A DNA stretch of 32,164 nt from a virus (lineage: Duplodnaviria > Caudoviricetes), in IMG/VR virus record IMGVR_UViG_3300032243_000020, positions 1 through 32,164 of that record; one strand, given 5' to 3'. Made by a program: the position numbers and the translations under genes. Positions 1 through 7,300 of the stretch are shown in pieces (within the stretch, counting starts at the first letter, position 1; each line of letters opens with the position of its first letter). The notes under the pieces were generated by a model. That model worked only from the letters and a program-made list of their open reading frames with translations. It made no database searches and was not told where the DNA came from.

Positions 1-1
1 A

Positions 2-1111
2 ATTAATGAAGAGTCAGGCACAGGTAAATCAACGGTACTTAAAATGTGCAACAGCGTTTGGGGGCATCCGGAAGAACTAATGCTTCAATGGAAAGATACA
101 ATGAACACGATGATTCACAGGCTCGGCATTATGAACAATCTTCCTGTGACAATTGATGAGATTACTAAACTGAGTGGCGATAGCTTCTCGGATTTAGCTT
201 ACAGTATTTCGCAAGGTCGTGGTAAGAACCGAATGATGCAACACGAGAACGCCGAGAGAAAGAACGATACCAAATGGGCGACGATAGCCTTATGTAGTTC
301 TAACGCATCGTTTGTAGATAAGCTTGCTGCGCTTAAAGCTACACCTGACGGCGAGTACATGCGTACATTTGAGTACCGTATTGATACTACAAACAACTTA
401 ACTAAAGAAGAAGCCGACAATATTTTTAACGGATTGTATACCCATTACGGGCATGCTGGTCTTGAATACGCTAAGCACTTGGTAGCTAACTTAGAAAGCG
501 TTATTGATACAGTTGTACAAGTCCAACAAAAGCTAGATGCTGAAATTGGATTAACTAGTCGTGAGCGGTTTTGGTCTGCTACTGCCGCATGCAACATAGC
601 AGGGGCCCTTATTGCCAAGGATTTAAAGATTCTTCCTGACTTTGATATTGGTAGAGTTTATCGTTGGCTAGTTAAAGAATTAATCAAAATGCGTAGTGAA
701 GTAAAGGCCCCGACTAAAACAAACCAAGCTAGTGTTATTGGTGAGTTTATGAACGAGCATAGAGGCTCTACTTTAGTTATTAACGGTAATGTAGATGCAA
801 GATCAGGTATGGAGCAGTTGCCGATAGTTGAACCAAAGTTCAATGACTTGTTGGTGCGTATTGAGCCCGATACTAAGTTGCTATTCATTAATGCAAAACA
901 CCTACGGGTTTATTGCGCTAAACATCAGATTGATTTGAAGAATACTTTGAAAGGTTTAGAAGCCGATAAGATTTATTTAAAGCAGATGAAAAAGCGTTTG
1001 TCTAAAGGCACTAAGCTTCAGTCACCTGCCGTCGACGTATACTTATTTGATTTGGATAATGACCACTTCTTAGACGCAGAACAATACATAAATGTTGATA
1101 CACGGGATTGA
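2..1111 (+). CDS. Primase/helicase, C-terminal P-loop ATPase region (DUF927-like); 5'-partial
   Basis: The frame is open from base 2, upstream of the ORF-track start at 44, and reads INEESGTGKSTVLKM (Walker A, nt 14-34). It is followed by a Walker B-like VTIDE, then SQGRGKNRM, LCSSN and HYGHAG, which are typical of phage DUF927 primase-helicases. Confidence 0.8.
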   Translation: MNEESGTGKSTVLKMCNSVWGHPEELMLQWKDTMNTMIHRLGIMNNLPVTIDEITKLSGDSFSDLAYSISQGRGKNRMMQHENAERKNDTKWATIALCSSNASFVDKLAALKATPDGEYMRTFEYRIDTTNNLTKEEADNIFNGLYTHYGHAGLEYAKHLVANLESVIDTVVQVQQKLDAEIGLTSRERFWSATAACNIAGALIAKDLKILPDFDIGRVYRWLVKELIKMRSEVKAPTKTNQASVIGEFMNEHRGSTLVINGNVDARSGMEQLPIVEPKFNDLLVRIEPDTKLLFINAKHLRVYCAKHQIDLKNTLKGLEADKIYLKQMKKRLSKGTKLQSPAVDVYLFDLDNDHFLDAEQYINVDTRD

Positions 1112-1289
1112 GTTTAAGATTAATTGGGCTAAGTTTATTGTCGGGGCATCTTTTTTTGTGCCCTGCTTAGACACAGAATATGCAATTACCCAGGTCAAAA
1201 GAACGACAAAAAGATTACGTTACGCTATAGAAATACGTGTGGTTATCGAGCAGGGCATTCAAGGCTTGCGTGTTTGGCGTATAAAGTAG
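1092..1289 (+). CDS. Small conserved phage protein (W..F.VG.SFFVP...GLRVWR type), function unknown
   Basis: 65 aa, overlaps the helicase stop by 20 nt. The motifs VGASFFVPC and C-terminal GLRVWRIK are recognised from small phage proteins. Confidence 0.7.
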   Translation: MLIHGIEFKINWAKFIVGASFFVPCLDTEYAITQVKRTTKRLRYAIEIRVVIEQGIQGLRVWRIK

Positions 1290-1295
1290 TATAAT
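1266..1295 (+). promoter_or_regulatory. Sigma70-like promoter
   Basis: TTGCGT (1266-1271), 18 nt spacer, then perfect TATAAT (1290-1295). Predicted start about G1302. Confidence 0.6.
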
Positions 1296-1301
1296 GGCTT
1301 T

Positions 1302-1371
1302 GGTGATTGATGGTTTCGATTACCCCTTTCTCGAAGTTATTATTGCCCCACCTCACCGGTGGGGTTTTTTT
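1302..1371 (+). ncRNA. Candidate ~70 nt small RNA
   Basis: Starts 7 nt after TATAAT. 5' hairpin GGTGATTGA/TCGATTACC (1302-1324, two G-U pairs), then a pyrimidine-rich linker CCTTTCTC, then an intrinsic terminator. No credible ORF inside. Confidence 0.45.
1345..1371 (+). terminator. Rho-independent terminator
   Basis: CCCCACC-TCACC-GGTGGGG stem-loop (1346-1364) followed by T7 (1365-1371), located between convergent genes. Confidence 0.85.
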
Positions 1372-4300
1372 ATCTGTAAAGCGCATCAAGTTCTGAGTAA
1401 AGTTTTTTATTAATATTAACCCCACCATGCAAGTTAGCTTTGGTTATATCTGAGTAATGTTTTTTAACTGAGTCAATTAAGTTATCAGGCAATATTGGAT
1501 ATGCAGGGTGAGCCTTGTTAAATTTACGTACTCTTTCAATAGCTTTTTCTAACATATCTGAATCTCCAGCTTTTATAGCTAAATAAAAACCATTAGAAAT
1601 GTTTGCTCTGGTTAAATCAATTTGTACTGCAGCGTTCTTTTTACCAAAAGCTTTTTTCTGTGCTAATGCAATTTCTTCTGGTGTAAATCCCAACATTTGA
1701 GTAAGAGCTTGTGCAGGATTAACCTCATCGACTAGCGTTGCACCGGTTAAAGTTTTTGCTTCACCTTCAATTAAATAGCGTGTACCTACCATAACGTTTT
1801 TAATAGCTGATGGCATTATAGTTTCAACCGCACGTTCAGTATTTCCATCTTTATACTTATCAATAGCATCAGCTACTTTTAGTCCTACGCTTACTGTTGG
1901 CCCCATCAAACTAACTAATCTATTTGTAACAGATGTAACTTCATCATTACTTGGTCTAGCATCTGGGAACCACATACTACTTAAATTTGTGCTCATACGA
2001 TCAGCAAAGTTTATTCCTGTTGCAGTAGATAAAACACCACGTTTTATAGCATGTCCTAACACCCCACCAAAAGTGTCATCACACCAGTTTTTAAACCAAT
2101 TATCCACATCAAAATCTTCTTCGTCGTCATCATCCCCAAAAAGAGCTTGCATTGCTTTAGCTATGCCCACAAACAAAAACCACATAGGTAAACCCGTCAT
2201 ACCTGTAGTAACAAAAGTTGTCGCCATCATACCCATAAACTGTTGACGAGATTCTTTGCGCATTTGTTCTAATTCAGCTTTTTTCTTAGCTTTAAGTTCA
2301 ACTTGCATATCTTTGGGAGAGTTTGCAATCTGACGTGCATACCTAGCCATTTCACCGTCAATACCACTTATCCAAGCTTTTTCAAATGTTCTCCATAGCA
2401 ACACAGTCATATGCTGGGGATACTGTTTAAATTGCAAAATAATGTTTCTGTAGTTACCACGGAAGTAGCGAGGTTTATTACTAGTCTCGTAGTTAAACAT
2501 TGTTTCTTGGACTAAGTTACGTGCGTCCATTACTGCAGCATCATAAGCATTTTCTTTAGTGTACCCTTTGCCCCCTTTAGCTACGGGTGTAAGGTACTTT
2601 CTATACGCCATATCAAAAGTAGCCATGAAAGTAGTTTCACGGTTGTATTTTTCTGCTGCATGAAATGGCAAACTTGCATAGTACATAATTTTCTGCGCAC
2701 GTCCAGTATATTTATTTGACGACATTTCAGCCATTGCAGCGTTATCATGCGCTAAAGTTGTATCAATAGCATTTAGCCTAATTCCTGCATCGTATACATC
2801 AGCAAGACTTTTTCCTGCGGGTAAATCAATTTTATCTCCTACAGATGTGATACCGTCTAAATTGCTTCGGGCTAAGGATGGCAGTAAAGTCCATCTACCA
2901 GTCTTCTCATCTGTAAGCCTTTCTTTACCTTTTGCTGTAGCAAATAATAAACGGTTATATTTAGCTAACGATTGTGTTACATTAGCCATGCCATATTTAG
3001 GCGCAGCTGCGGGTATGTAAATACCAGGAATAGCCATGAAATTAACTATTGCTGAAGCAGGGGCTGTTAGATAATATAAAAACCCAGCCTGAGTTGCGTA
3101 AGTTGTTAACATACTTTGCTTAGGTGGTTCAAGCACCGCAGTTTTAAGGTTAAGTTCTAACTCTCGTACATAATCTCGCCATTTAATTTGCTCTTTTAAA
3201 GGCATAAATTTTAATGCGCCATTAGCTGCTTTAATGTCTGCAAACAATTTTGGTAAATGTTCAAACCTAGAACGTTGGTATGCTATACGCTGACGTGATT
3301 CATTAAACGCTCTAAACATATCACCACTTAAGCCGGGTACGTTTTTACGATGAATAAACATTTTTCTAATACTTTGTGATGGCATCATTTCTAGATACCA
3401 TTGATTAAACCCATCAATTAAATTTTCACGTAAATCTTCTACTTTATCTACGGCATTTCCTACTTGTACTTTGTCTGTAGTCTTGTTAATTAATTCTTTT
3501 ATTCCTTCTAACTGTAGCGCATCCGATAATTTAGTATTAAGGTCTGTGCTAAATGAGTTCCCCGCTGAAAGTTCACCTTCCGCTGCTTCCATTGCTTGTT
3601 CTTCACTCAATGCGCCATTAGCTGCCATTTTTTCTTTTGTTATGCGTTTAACTTCAGCTTCAATAGCCATGTCGCGTGAAGCCGCATCTTCAAATTGCAT
3701 AAATATAATGTTGCCTTTAGTATGACCAATTTGTAACCAAAACTCACCAAAACGTTTAATTGGAAAATACGGTTTAATAATGTCAGCACTAATGTCGCCA
3801 AATCTTTTTTGAATACGTTCTTTAATTTCATCATTAGTTGCACCATCTGCTTTTAAACTTATTGCTAACCGTTTTAATACTATGGTTATATACTCGTTCA
3901 TTCGTTTTTCGTAAAACTTACGGACTTCACGATAAATTTCTATTGCCTCGGCACCGTTAGGGTCTGCCATAACTGCATCCCAAGCAGCTTGCGCCTGTTT
4001 ACCCGCTTTTGATTTTTTTAATTCATTAGCATCATGCCCTTGGCCTTGCGGATCAGGATCAACTTTAGCAAAAGTTGCTTCAATCATAAGCATGTCAAGC
4101 ATACGGGCTAGTTTAGGGTGCTTAACCGATAAATTTTGCCATAAAGAAACAGCTTTTTCGCTTTCAGTAAGAATTTTATTGCGTGTATTTAACATCGCAT
4201 CTTTTTCATTTCTGTACGCTTTGAATTGTGGTAATGCTTCGCCCACCATATCGGTAAGTTGGTCTAGTGTAAACAGCCCAAGGTAGTGTTTTCTAAGTTG

Positions 4301-7300
4301 ATCAGGAAGACTACGCAACAATTTAATTAAATTTTTCTTGTTTAAATTTTTCCATGTCACACGACCTGCAATTGCATTGTTAATAATGGCGTTGCCAAAG
4401 TTTTCTTTATTATTTACTTTAGTTGTTGCTATAGGCTTAGGTGTTTTAGGCGCATTTTTTCTTGGCCTACCCATTGGAGATATGCTTAAACTTGGGCCGG
4501 ATTTGTTAGCGGAAAACAATACTTCGGTATTAGCAAGGGTATAAAACAAAACGTTTTTAGTACCCATTAACTTACCAACAATTTGCATGAATCTAGACCA
4601 AATTGTTTTTGGTCCTTCCATTTCGTACTTTAATGTTTTAAGAAAATTTTGAAAATCTTTATTAGAAAATGCTTCCGCTATAAATTCAGAAACGTCTGTA
4701 AACCCATACTCTGAACCATCTTTACTACGTTCTTTAGCATAGTTAAACAATGCAGTTAGCTCGTCTAATGCGTAAATTTGTTCTTTAGTTAACTCGTTTC
4801 TGTGGGTTAATGCCCACTGCGTAGCCGCATGGAGTATTTCGTGTAATAGATTATGGTTAGTTGTGGTGCCAAAATAATAAGGTATTTTAGTACTAATGTT
4901 AATTGAGTCTACGCTACCACCGATATAAAATGCAGGATTTTTTCTGCCATCGTATACACTAGCTGCTTCTGTGTATTTATCAATAACTGAACTTAAAACT
5001 AGCTCCATTCCCGCAAAGTTTACGCCTGATTTTTGTAAAAATTTATACGCCTCGGCAGTTTCTAGTATAGGGTTAGCCATAAGACTTTGATCTATAAAAA
5101 GTGCAGCGTTAGGGTAAACACTTTTTACATAGTTTTCTAGAGCAATACGTTCTATGTCAACTTGGGCAACAAATTTGTCAAGAATAACTTTTTGGTTGTC
5201 AAAAAATATTTGGGTGTTTAAATTCAACTCGAGTAAACGTTGCGCTAAACTACGTGTGTACCCAGAGCTTGTTTTAAATAAAGCGTTAAGCACGCCCTTT
5301 ATATCGTTGTTTTTAATTGCCTCATATACCGTAGGGTGTATGTCGCCGGAAACATCCGAAGTTACACCAACTCTATTAATAGTATTATCAGGGTTTAGTT
5401 TTTTTGCTTGTTTAATTAAATCGTCAATGCCTTTTTGTATACGACCACGTGCATCTGGATCGTCAACGCTTTCTAGTTGATTTTTTAATTCTTTAATTTG
5501 AGACAATACTTCATTAAAAGCTTTTTCTTTAGCTTTATCCGCAGCAGATTTTTTATCTTTTTTCTTGTTCTCAACTACAACTTCTTTGTACGCAGCTGGA
5601 TGGTCTTGTGGTAGCTCTTGTTTAGCCTCGGCTGTTTTTGTGCGTAAAGCGTTTACTGTATCAGTATCTGAACCATCTTCTTTAGCTTTTACCCAATCAT
5701 TAAAAGCAGCATGATATTTTTGTACTGCTGGGTTATCCTGCAATTCTTGCGGTAACTCATTAATATTAGGTGTTTTTTGAACGAGTCTAAGTTTTTGTTC
5801 TTCCTCAGACATTTCAGGCGCAATTTTTGTTTTTTCTACTTCTTTAACAAGTGCTTCTTGTACTTTATTCTGCTCTTCAGTAGACACTTCGTAGTCATTA
5901 CGGTACTCGTCCATAAGCTCTTCGATAGCAGTTTCTTTTGCCTCTTCAAGCTGTTCACGGATAATATCTAGCACATCGTATGCATCTACTTCTCTATCAC
6001 TAAGGGCTTCACGGATATCCGATACATCGTCTAGCGTTCCGTCTTTTTCTAGTTTATTTGTAAATGCACGTAGTTGGGCTTTAGTCTCGGTACGGTCTTC
6101 ATCTTCAATTCGTTGCAATGCTTTGCCGACATCTGACTCGCTTAGTTCAGCTTCAGCCTTTTCCCTAAACTCATTTTCACGCTCTTCTTCTAACTCTTCT
6201 TCAGTTTTTGGGGTAGTTGAAACTTCTTTAATTTTTTCTTTTGGTTTATACCCAATAGCCTGTTTAATTTGGTGTAATGCCTCAGCATTACTTACATCCA
6301 TGTCGATGTTTAGCCCTAATTTATACGCAATTGCATTTATCTGTGCTCGAGATGGTTTAATTGTGCGATCTACTATACTGTCAATAAATTCAGTTGCTTT
6401 TTCTTTTGCTTGATTAAGTTCTTTTTCTTCTTTAACCCCTTTTTCGGTAAGGTAATCATGGATCTTAAACATGACATTATTTTTAATACCGCCTTTAGTT
6501 AATGCTTCTAATTGCCCAATAATTGCTTCTCGGGTCAATCCTCTTTCTAGCCCATCATCAATAGTTTTAAGTATCATTTTCCTTAGAAGAACTGCATCTT
6601 CATAAGGTATTTCCTCGTTTTTAGCGTTTTCTCTTGCCGGCCCTTCTGGCAAACCAATTTGATCAAAAAGAGGATGGCCGATTTCAGGACTATAGTCAAC
6701 TCCTTCTAGTCTGCTTTTAGCTTTAGGTTCACGCACCATGTAGTCGCCAGCTTTTCTAAAGCCATTGCGTCCATACCAAGCTTTTAATTGTTCTTGGGTT
6801 AACCCACCTGATGCCGCAGGACTTAATGCTAAGCGTTTATCGTTTGTATCTGCCCATTCAATAATAGCGTCTAAAAGTTTTCGTCCGTAACCTTTACCTT
6901 GCAAGTCTGGCTGAACTTCAAAACCTGTTATAAATGTAGCATCACCAACTTCATCATGCACATCAGTATCGGGTTCAGTCTGTCTAAACCCAGCAAAAGC
7001 AGGCATTAAATCGTTATTTGTAGCACCTCGTATAAAAGCACCTTTATCGCTTACTATTGGAGCTTTTTCTGTTTTAGTTGTTTCTTGAGTTACTTTGCTT
7101 TCACCTACCACCCTTTTTAAATCTAACGCTGAAATAAATTTTAGCCATAAGGAATCGTCTTTTTTTTCATCTCCAGTAAGGTATGGTTTAAGATATTCTT
7201 TTACTGCTTCGCTATACCTACGAAACGCCATAGTAGCATTACGTTTAGTTGAGCCGTAGTTCCACCCACTAGCTTTTTTATCTGCTGCAGAAACTTTTTC

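Noticed and set aside
44-46. ORF-track start of the first gene
   Set aside because: The frame is open to the window edge and the Walker A motif lies upstream of 44, so the gene is 5'-partial.
1243-1428. 61 aa minus-strand ORF across the intergenic region
   Set aside because: It overlaps both flanking genes and the terminator, and has no RBS or motif support.
1989-6413. Short plus-strand and alternate-frame ORFs inside the giant gene (and similar ones throughout the operon)
   Set aside because: They have the Ser/Leu/Phe-rich composition typical of antisense shadows, with no RBS or recognisable motifs.
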